Below are positions 1 through 9,292 of a stretch of 64,000 bases of DNA, in pieces. Position numbers and translations under genes: made by a program. Positions within the stretch are counted from its first letter, which is position 1, and every line of letters starts with the position of its first letter. Source of the DNA: an uncultured Verrucomicrobiae bacterium (GTDB taxonomy: Bacteria > Verrucomicrobiota > Verrucomicrobiia > Chthoniobacterales > JAFAMB01); the NCBI GenBank assembly GCA_963813025.1, contig CAWEXO010000013.1, positions 160,001-224,000 on the forward strand. The letters run 5' to 3'. The notes beneath the pieces were generated by a model. That model did not search any database, was not told where the DNA came from, and saw nothing but the letters and a program-made list of their open reading frames with translations.

Positions 1-82
1 TCTATTGATCGCTCTGCCTGCTTTCTGCGGAAACTTGCTCTCACACCGTTGAACGTTCAGCGCTCCTCGTTGAACGTAGGCG

Positions 83-1560
83 GTGGCGTATTCCGCTCTG
101 GAAGATTTTGTTCGAAAGCTCGAGCTCTCTGGCGAGTTGTTGCGGATCACTGAGCCGGTGGCAACCGAGCTGGAAATAACGGAGTTTGCCGATCGTCAAA
201 TGAAGTCGCCGGGCGGCGGCAAGGCGCTGATTTTCGAACGACCCACGATCAAGGGAGTTCCGTCGAGATTTCCCGTGGCGATCAACTTGATGGGCTCCGC
301 AAAGCGGATGGCCCTCGCTTTGGGAGTTGCTTCAATCGAAGACTTAGCTCATCAGCTTCAGCTCATTTTGAAAGCGAAGCCGCCTGCTTCTGTCGGCGAA
401 GGTTGGGCGTTGTTGAAGCAGGGAATCGATTTGCTGCACGCGCGACCGCGGAAAGTGCGAACCGGTCCGTGTCAGGAAGTGGTTCACTTAATGAATCGCG
501 AGCCGAGTCTCACGTTGGACGATCTCCCGATCCTGCAATGCTGGCCGAAAGATGGCGGGACGATTTATCACTCTGCCGATGCGTTTACACCGTGGACCCC
601 GACTCCGGCCAGCGGAACGTCGGCATGTATCGGATGCAGGTTTTCGATGGCCAGACTACGGGCATGCATTGGCAGGTTCATAAAGTCGGCGCGCGGCATG
701 GCAAGAGTTATTACGAAAAAACCTGCCGCATGCCGGTGGCGGTCTGTCTAGGGGGCGATCCCGCTTACACGCTTCGCGGCCACGGCTCCGTTGCCGGATG
801 GGCTGGATGAAATCCTCTTTGCCGGCTTTGTGCGCAAAAAATCAGTCGAGCTGGTGAAATGCGAAACCGTTGATCTTGAGGTGCCGGCCGATGTTGATTT
901 CGTCTTCGAGGGATATGTTCAGCCTGGTGAACTGAGAGACGAGGGACCGTTCGGTGATCACACCGGCTATTACACTCCGATCGACCAGTATCCGGTCTTC
1001 CATCTCACGGCGATCACGCATCGGCGCGAGGCGATCTATCCGGCGACGATCGTGGGGATTCCTCCGATGGAGGATTTTTACATTGGCGGTGCCAGCGTCC
1101 GAATATTCCTGCCGGTTTTTCGAGATGAATTTTCCGGAGATCGTCGACATGGCTCTGCCGGCTGAAGGCGTTTTCCATAACTTGGTTTTTGTGAGTATTC
1201 GAAAACAGTATCCGTATCAGGCGTTCAAGGTTATGCATGGCCTCTGGGGCATGGGGCAGATGATGTTTTCCAAATACATCGTCGTCGTGGACGAGGATTG
1301 TGACGTGCATAACACGAGCGAGGTGCTCTTTCCGCTGGTGTGCCAATACCGATCCGCAGAGGGACACCAGCCTGATCAAAAATCCGTCCGATAGCCTCGA
1401 TCATGCGCCCTCAGTTCCTAACCTTGGCTCGCACCTGGGATTCGACGCCACCCGGAAACTACCGGGTGAAGGATATCATCGATCGTGGCCTGAACTGGTC
1501 AGGATGGATCCGGCGGTGAAGGAGAGAGTAAGCGAGATGCTGAAGCATTCTTCCCGGTAA
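83..1560 (+). pseudogene. ubiD: UbiD-family (prenyl-FMN) decarboxylase, probably menaquinone-pathway; frame broken by five +1 insertions (probably sequence errors)
   Basis: Stitching ORFs 83-751, 403-810, 791-1165, 954-1394 and 1300-1560 gives UbiD motifs (WPKDGG-RFITLP, RNVGMYRMQV, EGPFGDHTGYY, IVVVDEDCDVH, DSLDH, GFDATRK). Extra bases at ~560, ~579, ~772, ~1120 and ~1331. Confidence 0.88.
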
Positions 1561-1602
1561 ACCAGGCGTTTCGCGGGGCGATTGGGAAATCGGACACGCC
1601 GA

Positions 1603-2682
1603 TCAGGTCCGTTCCAAAATAGCCACAGCCTCGATCTCCGCGGTCTGCGGAAACATGTCAAAAGGCTGTATCTCCCGCATCGCATAGCGCGATTGCAAAC
1701 TTTTCAAATCCCGGGCCAACACCGGCGGGTTACAGGACACATAGATGACCCGTGGTGGCGGGTGATCGTTGATTGTCCGAAGGATCTGCGGATTCAGGCC
1801 GGCGCGCGGGGGATCAAGGATCAGAGTGCCGGGTTGGTTACGGCGGAGCGCTCCTGGCAGGGCTTTATTGACGTCGGCACATAGATAGCCTTCGTTGAGC
1901 CCGGCCATGCGGTGAGCACGCTCGACGGCCGGACGGTTCCATTCAATCCCGACGACCCGGTCGACATGTTTTGCCAACGCGTGGGCAAAAAAGCCGTCTC
2001 CCGAGAAGGCGTCAACGACGATTGGTCCGGTTGCCTGCGCGACGACGTAATCCCGAAGCAGTCCGGCTACTGCATCGTTCGTCTGGGAAAAGGTTCGCTG
2101 GGCCTTATGCTCGCGAAGAGTGTAGTGCTGCTGATCGCCGCGCGGCCCCCCCCTCTGCTCTGTCAGAAGTTCATTGACGGCGGGGCTGGCGATCGGGCAG
2201 GTCGCGATGTCGATAACGGAACGACTGTTGCGGGCAAACAAGCCAAGCGCGTTTTTGTCCGAATGCACGGTAATGCGGTTGCGATAGCCAAAAATCCGGG
2301 GGCTGGGAACTACTTGGGCGACTGGCGGATGGGAAATCCCGGCGATGCGCGTGATCAACTGCTCTACCTGCCGCTGCTTGATCTCCAGTTGATGCGGATA
2401 AGCGACGTGTTGGTAGTCACAGCCTCCGCACTCGCCAAAATATGGGCAACGCGGCTCTTGCCGATGGGGAGACACCTCCGAGACCGCGCACAGCACGCCC
2501 CGGCTCAGAGTTCGGCGATCCTCTATAAGGCGAACAGTCACCAACTCGCCCACAATGGTAAAGGGGACAAAAACGACCTTTCCGTCTCGCCGTCCGACAC
2601 CGGCGCCGCCAAAAGCAACTTCCTCAATCCGGAGCGGAAACGTTTCCGTTTCCGGTTTCACGTTTCCGGTTTTACGTGTCAT
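1603..2682 (-). CDS. rlmD: TRAM-domain RNA (uracil-5-)-methyltransferase, RlmD/RumA family
   Basis: N-terminal TRAM-like segment (VAFGGAGVGR..VVFVP), CPYFGECGGC Fe-S motif, LDPPRAG, YVSCNP, FDMFPQT. The start may be GTG at 2661. Confidence 0.88.
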   Translation of the reverse strand: MTRKTGNVKPETETFPLRIEEVAFGGAGVGRRDGKVVFVPFTIVGELVTVRLIEDRRTLSRGVLCAVSEVSPHRQEPRCPYFGECGGCDYQHVAYPHQLEIKQRQVEQLITRIAGISHPPVAQVVPSPRIFGYRNRITVHSDKNALGLFARNSRSVIDIATCPIASPAVNELLTEQRGGPRGDQQHYTLREHKAQRTFSQTNDAVAGLLRDYVVAQATGPIVVDAFSGDGFFAHALAKHVDRVVGIEWNRPAVERAHRMAGLNEGYLCADVNKALPGALRRNQPGTLILDPPRAGLNPQILRTINDHPPPRVIYVSCNPPVLARDLKSLQSRYAMREIQPFDMFPQTAEIEAVAILERT

Positions 2683-2785
2683 GTTTTACCTCTCGCGTTT
2701 CCGGTTTCGTTTGGCGCCCCCGCCAAACGCGACACCAGATACCTGACACCTGAAACACGAAACGTGAAACACGAAAACGCGAAAC
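2638..2785. repeat. Heptamer-based imperfect palindrome (GTTTCAC/GTTTCCG ... GAAACGT/GAAACAC)
   Basis: Runs of gtttccg/gtttcac followed by complementary gaaacac/gaaacgt runs, between the divergent rlmD and pckG genes. Confidence 0.7.
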
Positions 2786-2795
2786 CCCTAATGCT

Positions 2796-4568
2796 ATGAG
2801 CGAATTGAGTTTTGGCGCCGTCAACACGGAGAACGCGGCAGTCAGGCAGTGGGTGGCGGAGATGGCCGCGCTTTGCCAGCCCGATAGCGTATTCTGGTGC
2901 GATGGGTCCCCAGCGGAGACGGAAATGTTGCTCGCGCGTGCCGTCGACCAAGGCGTCTTGCTACAGCTCGATCCGCAAAAATGGCCCGGTTGCTATTATC
3001 ACCGATCCAAGTCAAACGATGTCGCGCGGGTCGAACAGTTGACTTTCATCTGTACGCCGTTGGCCGAAGAAGCTGGACCGACCAACAACTGGGCGCCGCC
3101 CAAAGAGATGTACGCGAAACTTTATGGACTGGCCCGTGAGTCTATGCGTGGCCGGACCATGTACGTCGTCCCCTATCTCATGGGGCCGCCAGGATCAGAC
3201 CTGGCGAGGGTTGGTCTGGAGCTGACGGATTCTCTTTACGTCGTGCATAGCATGAGGGTGATGACCCGCATGGGCCGCACCGCTCTCGCGCAGATCGGCG
3301 CTGACGGCGATTTCAATCGCGGTTTGCACTGCACGCTCGACGTCCATCCCGAACGCCGGTTTATCGCTCATTTTCCCCGGGACAACGTCATCATATCGGT
3401 CGGCTCGAACTATGGAGGAAACGCCTTGCTCGGGAAAAAATGCCTGAGTCTGCGTATCGGTTCGTACCTGGGCAGAAGGGAACGCTGGATGGCCGAGCAC
3501 ATGCTCATTCTTGGGGTCGAAGACCCGAATGGCGAAAAGACATATGTCGCCGGTGCTTTTCCGAGCGCTTGCGGAAAGACAAACTTTGCCATGCTCGTTC
3601 CGCCAAAGCACTTCGCCGGCTGGAAGGTAACCACCGTGGGCGACGATATTGCCTGGATGAAACCCGGTCCGGATGGACGCCTTTGGGCCATCAATCCCGA
3701 GGTCGGCTATTTCGGGGTTGTCCCGGGCACAAATTACCGATCCAACCCGAACGCCATGGAGTCCATGAAAAAGGACACGATCTTTACCAACGTGGCCCTG
3801 ACGCCGGACGGTGACGTGTGGTGGGAAGGAAAAGACAACCCGCCTCCGCCCTCACTGCTCGATTGGAAAGGAAACCCGTGGCGTCCTGATACAGGAAGTC
3901 CGGCCGCTCATCCGAATAGCCGGTTCTGTGCTCCAATGACCAACAACCCCGCACTCGACTCCGCTGCCGAAGACCCTCGCGGAGTGCCCATCAGTGGAAT
4001 CATCTTTGGCGGCCGGAGAGCGACGACCATGCCGCTCGTCTATCAGGCTTTCAACTGGATCCACGGCGTTTTCGTGGGTGCGACCATGGCTTCGGAAACA
4101 ACGGCGGCTGCGACGGGAGCAGTCGGCGAGGTTCGACGCGATCCCATGGCGATGCTTCCTTTTTGCGGGTACAATATGGGCGAATATTTCGGACATTGGC
4201 TCAAGATGCGCAAGGTCATCCGACGACCACCAAAGATTTTCCATGTAAATTGGTTCCGGAGGGGGAGAGACGGCCAGTATCTCTGGCCTGGATTTGGGGA
4301 AAATATGCGGGTGCTTAAATGGATCGTGGACCGTTGTCGCGGGCGCGTTGGAGCGGACGAAACGCCGATCGGGTGGATGCCCACCCCGGAAAATATCGAC
4401 GTTGAGGGCTTGGATTATGGTCGGGAGAAGCTTGCGGAGTCGCTCACGATCGATGTGGAAGAGTGGAAAAAGGAGGTGATGGCGCAGGATGATCTGTTCA
4501 TCAGGCTGCATAGCGATTTTCCGGTTGAGCTGTTTTTTCAACGTGAACTGCTGATCGCGCGTCTTTAG
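2796..4568 (+). CDS. pckG: Phosphoenolpyruvate carboxykinase (GTP)
   Basis: FPSACGKTN, VGDDIAW, AHPNSRF, DPMAMLPFCGYN, WPGFGENMRVL motifs; 590 aa. Confidence 0.97.
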   Translation: MSELSFGAVNTENAAVRQWVAEMAALCQPDSVFWCDGSPAETEMLLARAVDQGVLLQLDPQKWPGCYYHRSKSNDVARVEQLTFICTPLAEEAGPTNNWAPPKEMYAKLYGLARESMRGRTMYVVPYLMGPPGSDLARVGLELTDSLYVVHSMRVMTRMGRTALAQIGADGDFNRGLHCTLDVHPERRFIAHFPRDNVIISVGSNYGGNALLGKKCLSLRIGSYLGRRERWMAEHMLILGVEDPNGEKTYVAGAFPSACGKTNFAMLVPPKHFAGWKVTTVGDDIAWMKPGPDGRLWAINPEVGYFGVVPGTNYRSNPNAMESMKKDTIFTNVALTPDGDVWWEGKDNPPPPSLLDWKGNPWRPDTGSPAAHPNSRFCAPMTNNPALDSAAEDPRGVPISGIIFGGRRATTMPLVYQAFNWIHGVFVGATMASETTAAATGAVGEVRRDPMAMLPFCGYNMGEYFGHWLKMRKVIRRPPKIFHVNWFRRGRDGQYLWPGFGENMRVLKWIVDRCRGRVGADETPIGWMPTPENIDVEGLDYGREKLAESLTIDVEEWKKEVMAQDDLFIRLHSDFPVELFFQRELLIARL

Positions 4569-4615
4569 CCTGCATCGTTTCGCAAATCCTGAGGGATTGC
4601 CAAAGGATGCAGGCT
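4567..4615 (+). repeat. ~50-bp REP-like hairpin (AGCCTGCATC...GATGCAGGCT) overlapping the pckG stop; possible terminator
   Basis: Perfect 10-bp terminal stem; related copy on the minus strand at 48681-48730. Confidence 0.65.
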
Positions 4616-4658
4616 TTGACGGCAGATAGGCGTTGTGCGAAACGGAGGGGTCAACGAT

Positions 4659-5090
4659 ATGAGCGAAACTACCCTTGTAATATTCAAGCCGGACTGTCTG
4701 GCCGAGCGTCACTGTGGCGAAGTGCTCCAGCGCTTCGAACGCGCCGGTTTGGAAATAGTCGGTTGCAAAATGATACTCCTGACCGGCGAGCTTCTCGACC
4801 GGCATTATGCGCATATCGCGGATCAGCCCTTTTATCCGAACGTAAGGACTTTCATGCAGACCAGCCCGGTGATCGTCATGGCCCTGGCCGGAGAAAACGC
4901 GGTTGCCCGGCTCCGCGAACTGATGGGACCGACTGACTCGCGAAAAGCGGCGCCCGGAACCATTCGAGGCGATTTCGGGAAGGATGTCATGCTCAACGTC
5001 GTCCATGGATCCGATAGCCTGGAGAACGCCGCGTTGGAATTGGCGCGCTTTTTCTCCGCAGATGAACTGTTCGGCTTTGCGGTGCGCTAG
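4659..5090 (+). CDS. ndk: Nucleoside diphosphate kinase
   Basis: TLVIFKPD, PGTIRGDFG, NVVHGSDS; GGAGG RBS upstream of the ATG at 4659. Confidence 0.97.
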   Translation: MSETTLVIFKPDCLAERHCGEVLQRFERAGLEIVGCKMILLTGELLDRHYAHIADQPFYPNVRTFMQTSPVIVMALAGENAVARLRELMGPTDSRKAAPGTIRGDFGKDVMLNVVHGSDSLENAALELARFFSADELFGFAVR

Positions 5091-5101
5091 CACGCCCGGC
5101 A

Positions 5102-6361
5102 ATGCCCGCTTTCCTGGCTCCGTTCGCCAACCGGAACTATCGTCTTTATTTCAGCGGACAGCTCATCAGCCTGATCGGCACATTTGTGACGTTCACGGCT
5201 TTGTCCTGGGTGGTGTACGCGCTGACGAAGTCGCCTTTGATGCTCGGCCTTTTCGGTCTGGCGGGGCAAATTCCGTCTCTGCTCGCGGCGCCGATCGCTG
5301 GGGTATGGGTAGACCGGCTCGATCGCAAGCGGTTGTTGTTGATTACCCAGACGCTATCGCTTTTTCAGAGCGTCGGGCTGGCAATCCTTGCCTTCAGTCA
5401 CGCTTTGAATTTCTGGCTAGTGCTCCTCCTGTCCGCGTTTCAGGGACTGGTCACTGCTTTTGATCTCCCGGCGCGACAGGCAATGATCGGCCAGATCGCG
5501 GAAACAAGAGAAGATCTGCCGGCGGTGATCGGTATGAACTCGACGATGTTCAACCTCGGCCGGATGATCGGGCCGCCCCTCGGGGGAATCATCTTGTCGG
5601 TCTTTGGGGTCGGCGCCTGTTTTGCGATCGATGCTGTGAGCTACCTGGCTGTTCTTGCCGCCATTCTCGGGATGCGATTGCGCCCCAACCCGGGTACCCG
5701 TGGAGCGCCGCGGCCGGTGTTGGAGGACTTGAAAGCCGGCTTGGTCTACGCGTTGCGCAATCATACGATCCGTACACTGATGGTGCTGCTCTGCTGGATA
5801 AGCGTGTTTGGCATCTCGTTTGGAGTGATGAATCCGGCCTTCGCCCGCGATGTTTTTCACGGCGATGCGCATGTCCTTGGCTGGCTAATGGGGGCGTCCG
5901 CCTTGGGCGCGATCTGCGGGGCGCTCCGGACGGCTGCAAGAGTTGGCATCGCACGCCTCGTCCGCGGAATGGTGCTTGGAGCGACTCTTCTCTCAGTCGG
6001 GATGATCGCTTACGCGAACAGCCGATCCCTGCCGCTTGCTCTCCTGAGCTTGTTCATCTGTGGGATAGGTGGAGTTACCTTTGTGACCTCCTCGAACGCT
6101 CTCATCCAAAACGTGGTCGAGGAGAGCAAACGCGGTCGTGTCATGAGCTGGTACCTGCTGTGTTTTCAAGGTGGCTTTCCCCTGGGCGGACTCATTATTG
6201 GAGCGATTGCCCAACGGATCGGGATCAGTCATGCCGTATTCGTTTGGGGCCTCTTGACAGGAGGTGCCGTTCTCTATTTATGGGCCAATCAACAACGTCT
6301 CCGTGCGCGATCGACCGAGCTTGTGCTCGGGCACCGCTATGGCGAACTTCGAGAAATATGA
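5102..6361 (+). CDS. MFS transporter (EntS/MefA-like)
   Basis: About 12 hydrophobic segments; NYRLYFSGQLISLIG, GVWVDRLDRKR motif A, RGRVMS. Confidence 0.88.
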   Translation: MPAFLAPFANRNYRLYFSGQLISLIGTFVTFTALSWVVYALTKSPLMLGLFGLAGQIPSLLAAPIAGVWVDRLDRKRLLLITQTLSLFQSVGLAILAFSHALNFWLVLLLSAFQGLVTAFDLPARQAMIGQIAETREDLPAVIGMNSTMFNLGRMIGPPLGGIILSVFGVGACFAIDAVSYLAVLAAILGMRLRPNPGTRGAPRPVLEDLKAGLVYALRNHTIRTLMVLLCWISVFGISFGVMNPAFARDVFHGDAHVLGWLMGASALGAICGALRTAARVGIARLVRGMVLGATLLSVGMIAYANSRSLPLALLSLFICGIGGVTFVTSSNALIQNVVEESKRGRVMSWYLLCFQGGFPLGGLIIGAIAQRIGISHAVFVWGLLTGGAVLYLWANQQRLRARSTELVLGHRYGELREI

Positions 6362-7047
6362 ACCTGAAAGGACTGATCTTTGACTTCGACGGGCTGATTG
6401 TGGACACCGAGACCGCCGGCTTTTTGAGCTGGGGCGAGATCTACCGCCAGTATGGTCAAGAACTCCGGCTGGAGGACTGGACGCACGCAACTGGATACGT
6501 AGCAGGATTTGATCCGGCGGTTCATTTGGAAAAATTGGTTGGTCACTCGCTGGATTGGGCGGTGCTCGCTCCCAAACGAGAAAATCGAAACTGGGAACTA
6601 ACTCTCCAGGCGAAAACGCTCCCCGGAATCGAAGCATTGATGGTACAGGCTAAAGCGGCCCATTTGGGTGTCGGTGTTGCCAGCAATTCCGGTGGAAGCT
6701 GGGTGTGGGATGGACTCCGGCGGCTTGGCCTCGATGGATATATCGATACGATTGTCACCCGAGACATGGTGCTCAATCCCAAACCAGCCCCAGACATCTA
6801 CCTGAAAACGGCCCAGGATCTGCGGGTGGATCCGGCTGCCACCGTCGCTCTGGAAGATTCCGAACCAGGCGCACGCGCGGCCAAGGCAGCGGGTATGACC
6901 GTGGTGGTCATCCCAAACCAATTCAGCGAACGCCAGAATCTTTCCGTGGCCGACCTCATTGTTAAAAGCGCGCGAGAAGTCGATCTGGCCCGGCTGGATG
7001 AGCTGGTCGAAAAGTCACGCACCGTTGCTTCGGGGAAAGAGGGCTAG
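6358..7047 (+). CDS. HAD-superfamily hydrolase (beta-phosphoglucomutase/CbbY-like)
   Basis: IFDFDGLIVDTE, ASNS, KPAPDIY, LEDSEPG..AAKAAGM; ATG overlaps the MFS stop (ATGA). Confidence 0.9.
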   Translation: MNLKGLIFDFDGLIVDTETAGFLSWGEIYRQYGQELRLEDWTHATGYVAGFDPAVHLEKLVGHSLDWAVLAPKRENRNWELTLQAKTLPGIEALMVQAKAAHLGVGVASNSGGSWVWDGLRRLGLDGYIDTIVTRDMVLNPKPAPDIYLKTAQDLRVDPAATVALEDSEPGARAAKAAGMTVVVIPNQFSERQNLSVADLIVKSAREVDLARLDELVEKSRTVASGKEG

Positions 7048-7313
7048 GAATTTAGGACTTGTAGGAGGTCAGGGGTCGGGAATCGAGAGTATGCGGCAAT
7101 CGACCGATGGGTCGGAGGAGGTCAGGGTCTGTCTCGCAACCTGTTTTGGGCGGTGCGCCAGTAGGGCGATGCGCCTTGGCGGATGAGGCCAGGCGAGAAG
7201 TTGTTTGAGCCGGACGGTACGGCAGTCCATAACGCCTGACTTCTGACTTCTGACTCCTGACTCCTGACTCCCGACTCCTGACTCCCGAGTTCCCGCTCCT
7301 GCAACTCCTGAAC
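7046..7313. repeat. Heptamer tandem repeat (CTGACTY) with a loosely complementary upstream arm
   Basis: ctgactt ctgactt ctgactc ctgactc ctgactc ccgactc ctgactc... at ~7236-7313; purine-rich counterpart (aggaggtcaggggtcggga) at ~7046-7090. Confidence 0.75.
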
Positions 7314-7435
7314 TTGTGGCATTTATCCACTTGTGGCATTGGTGGCATTCCTTCGCTGAGACTCTGTCGCCAGCGAAATCAGAAGATGAAAGTTGTCCCC
7401 GCAAACGTCACAGTACGGCTCAGTCCCGGTTGTCT

Positions 7436-8752
7436 ATGAAGATCCCAGAACTTCGCGGAATCCTGCAGTACGTCACGCGATTTCGAGGCAAGATCTTCGT
7501 CATCGCCATTGATGGCGAGGTCCTGGCTTCGGAAAATTTCTCGAACCTTCTTTTGGATATCGCCGTTTTGCGTTCTCTCAATATCAAAACGGTTCTAGTG
7601 CACGGTGCGGGTATCCAAATCGCGCAAACGGCCGAGCGACATGGAATCGCGGTTTCGAACGCGGACGGGAGCGGAGTAGTCGACGAGCAAACTCTTGAAC
7701 TGTCGATCAGCGTCGCCATCCGGCTGACCAACGAAGTGATGGAGGGACTCACCCAGGTCGATCTGCGGGCCGCTTACGCCAACTGCATCATCGCTCATCC
7801 GACCGGGATTCTGCACGGGGTTGACTACCAGTTTTCTGGCAAAGTCGAAAAGATCGATGTCAAATGTCTTGAACTCCTGCTCAATGAGCAAGTCATACCA
7901 GTTATTCCGCCGCTCGGTTTCGATGGGGAAGGAAGGACCTTCCGGGTAAATTCGGATCTGGTCGCATTGGAGGTGGGCGCGGCTCTACATGCCGAAAAGC
8001 TGATCTATCTCTCAACCTCCGATGGCGTGACGATCGATGGCCAGCGAGTGGGGCACCTCGTTGCGGCCGAGGTCGAAGAGATTCTACAAACCCGTCGATC
8101 CGAGCTCGGGGCAGGCCTGGCCTCGAAACTCGAACACGCAGTGCGCGCTTGCCGCTACGGAATACCCCGCGTGCACCTTCTCGATGGGCGGGTGAATGAA
8201 GCTTTGCTGGCTGAAATTTTCAGTAATGGAGGGGTGGGCACCATGATCTACTCCAATGAATACGAACAGATTCGCCGTCTGTATAAACGGGATGTGCGGG
8301 CGGTGATGTCACTCATCCAAGAATCCGTGCGGAGCGAGGAACTCGTGCGGCGGACGCGCGCAGAGATTCTCGCTGATCTCGAACATTATTGGGTGCTCGA
8401 GATAGACCGTCACATCAGCGGGTGCGTCGCGATGTATCCCTATCCGGCAGAGGGTATGGCCGAATTGGCTTGTCTTCATGTAAGCCGCTCCAGTGAAAAT
8501 CAGGGTCTCGGCCGGAAATTGATCTCCTTCGTCGAGAACCAGGCGCGCCAGCAAGGCATCAGCAAGCTTTTTGCCTTGTCAACTCAGGCCTTCGTTTATC
8601 TTCAGCAAAAAGCTGGATTTGCGGAGGCCGGCCCGGAGGTGTTGCCGGCCAGCCGACGCCAGAAATACGAAGCTAGTGGACGGAACTCCAGGATCCTGAT
8701 CAAGGAATTGTCGGCTAAACCCGTTCCGGTTACCTTGGCGGCCTCGGTCTAG
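7436..8752 (+). CDS. argA: Amino-acid N-acetyltransferase (N-acetylglutamate synthase)
   Basis: AAK domain (YVTRFRGKIFVI, VLVHG, LLAEIFS.GGVGT) plus C-terminal GNAT (ELACL.V, LSTQA, RNSRI). Confidence 0.93.
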   Translation: MKIPELRGILQYVTRFRGKIFVIAIDGEVLASENFSNLLLDIAVLRSLNIKTVLVHGAGIQIAQTAERHGIAVSNADGSGVVDEQTLELSISVAIRLTNEVMEGLTQVDLRAAYANCIIAHPTGILHGVDYQFSGKVEKIDVKCLELLLNEQVIPVIPPLGFDGEGRTFRVNSDLVALEVGAALHAEKLIYLSTSDGVTIDGQRVGHLVAAEVEEILQTRRSELGAGLASKLEHAVRACRYGIPRVHLLDGRVNEALLAEIFSNGGVGTMIYSNEYEQIRRLYKRDVRAVMSLIQESVRSEELVRRTRAEILADLEHYWVLEIDRHISGCVAMYPYPAEGMAELACLHVSRSSENQGLGRKLISFVENQARQQGISKLFALSTQAFVYLQQKAGFAEAGPEVLPASRRQKYEASGRNSRILIKELSAKPVPVTLAASV

Positions 8753-9061
8753 TGCACCGTCTCATATTTACCGATGATGTCGTTGCGTTCAAAATGGGCC
8801 GCCGGCAAGGCGGTCCGAGCCGGACTGGCAGTAGGAGGGAGCATATCTGAAGCGATACGTAACCGACGAGCAACGCAGCCGCCGGCCCATTTTCAACGCA
8901 ACCCTCTGGGCCGCGGCCAGTTGGCTGTTTTTCCGCGTTGCTCGCTCGACCCGTATGAATCCAGATATGGGCGCTTTACCGCCAGTCCGGCTCGGACCGC
9001 CTTGAAAAACAGCCAACTGACCTGCGGCGACGTCATCATTATATGTGAGACGGTGCACTAG
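8749..9061. mobile_element. CTAG-bounded MITE-like element, full copy A (313 bp)
   Basis: Terminal inverted repeats CTAGTGCACCGTCTCA...TGAGACGGTGCACTAG; closely similar to 56442-56771; no transposase ORF. Confidence 0.85.
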
Positions 9062-9142
9062 ACGAATGATATCCACAGTGACCTTTTGCCGCAACTGCCG
9101 TGCGACCTCGCCTAAGCCGCTCGACCTGCATGCGCGGCTCGA

Positions 9143-9265
9143 AATCCGGACGAGGCTGTCCGCCTTCGTGCCCGCATCGCGGCACTACGGCGCCACAAGT
9201 TCCGCGCTACGCCAGCCGCTCCCTCCTTCGCCCTCGCTTCGCTCGGAACTACGGCGGGCAGGCAG
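9143..9265 (+). repeat. REP-like structured repeat (CGGAC-loop-GTCCGCCTTC-stem-CTACGGCG..ACAAGTTCC) followed by a partial second copy
   Basis: Homologous to 33092-33152 (-) and 33187-33248 (+). Confidence 0.7.
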
Positions 9266-9292
9266 GCCGCTCAAGCCACTCAAACCGCTCCC

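Noticed and set aside
83..1560. Programmed frameshifting in ubiD
   Set aside because: Five shifts with no slippery-site/hairpin signals; sequence error or decay explains it better.
3852..5102. Long antisense ORFs (also 1912-2799, 24012-24992, 38362-39237, 28973-29689)
   Set aside because: Shadow ORFs opposite well-supported genes in GC-rich DNA; no motifs.
7323..7331. DnaA-box-like TTATCCACT
   Set aside because: Single, one mismatch, embedded in a TGTGGCATT repeat about 4 kb from dnaA.
8774..9094. Small ORFs inside the CTAG element (also 41058-41324 and 56369-56816)
   Set aside because: No recognisable domain, and frames are not conserved between copies.
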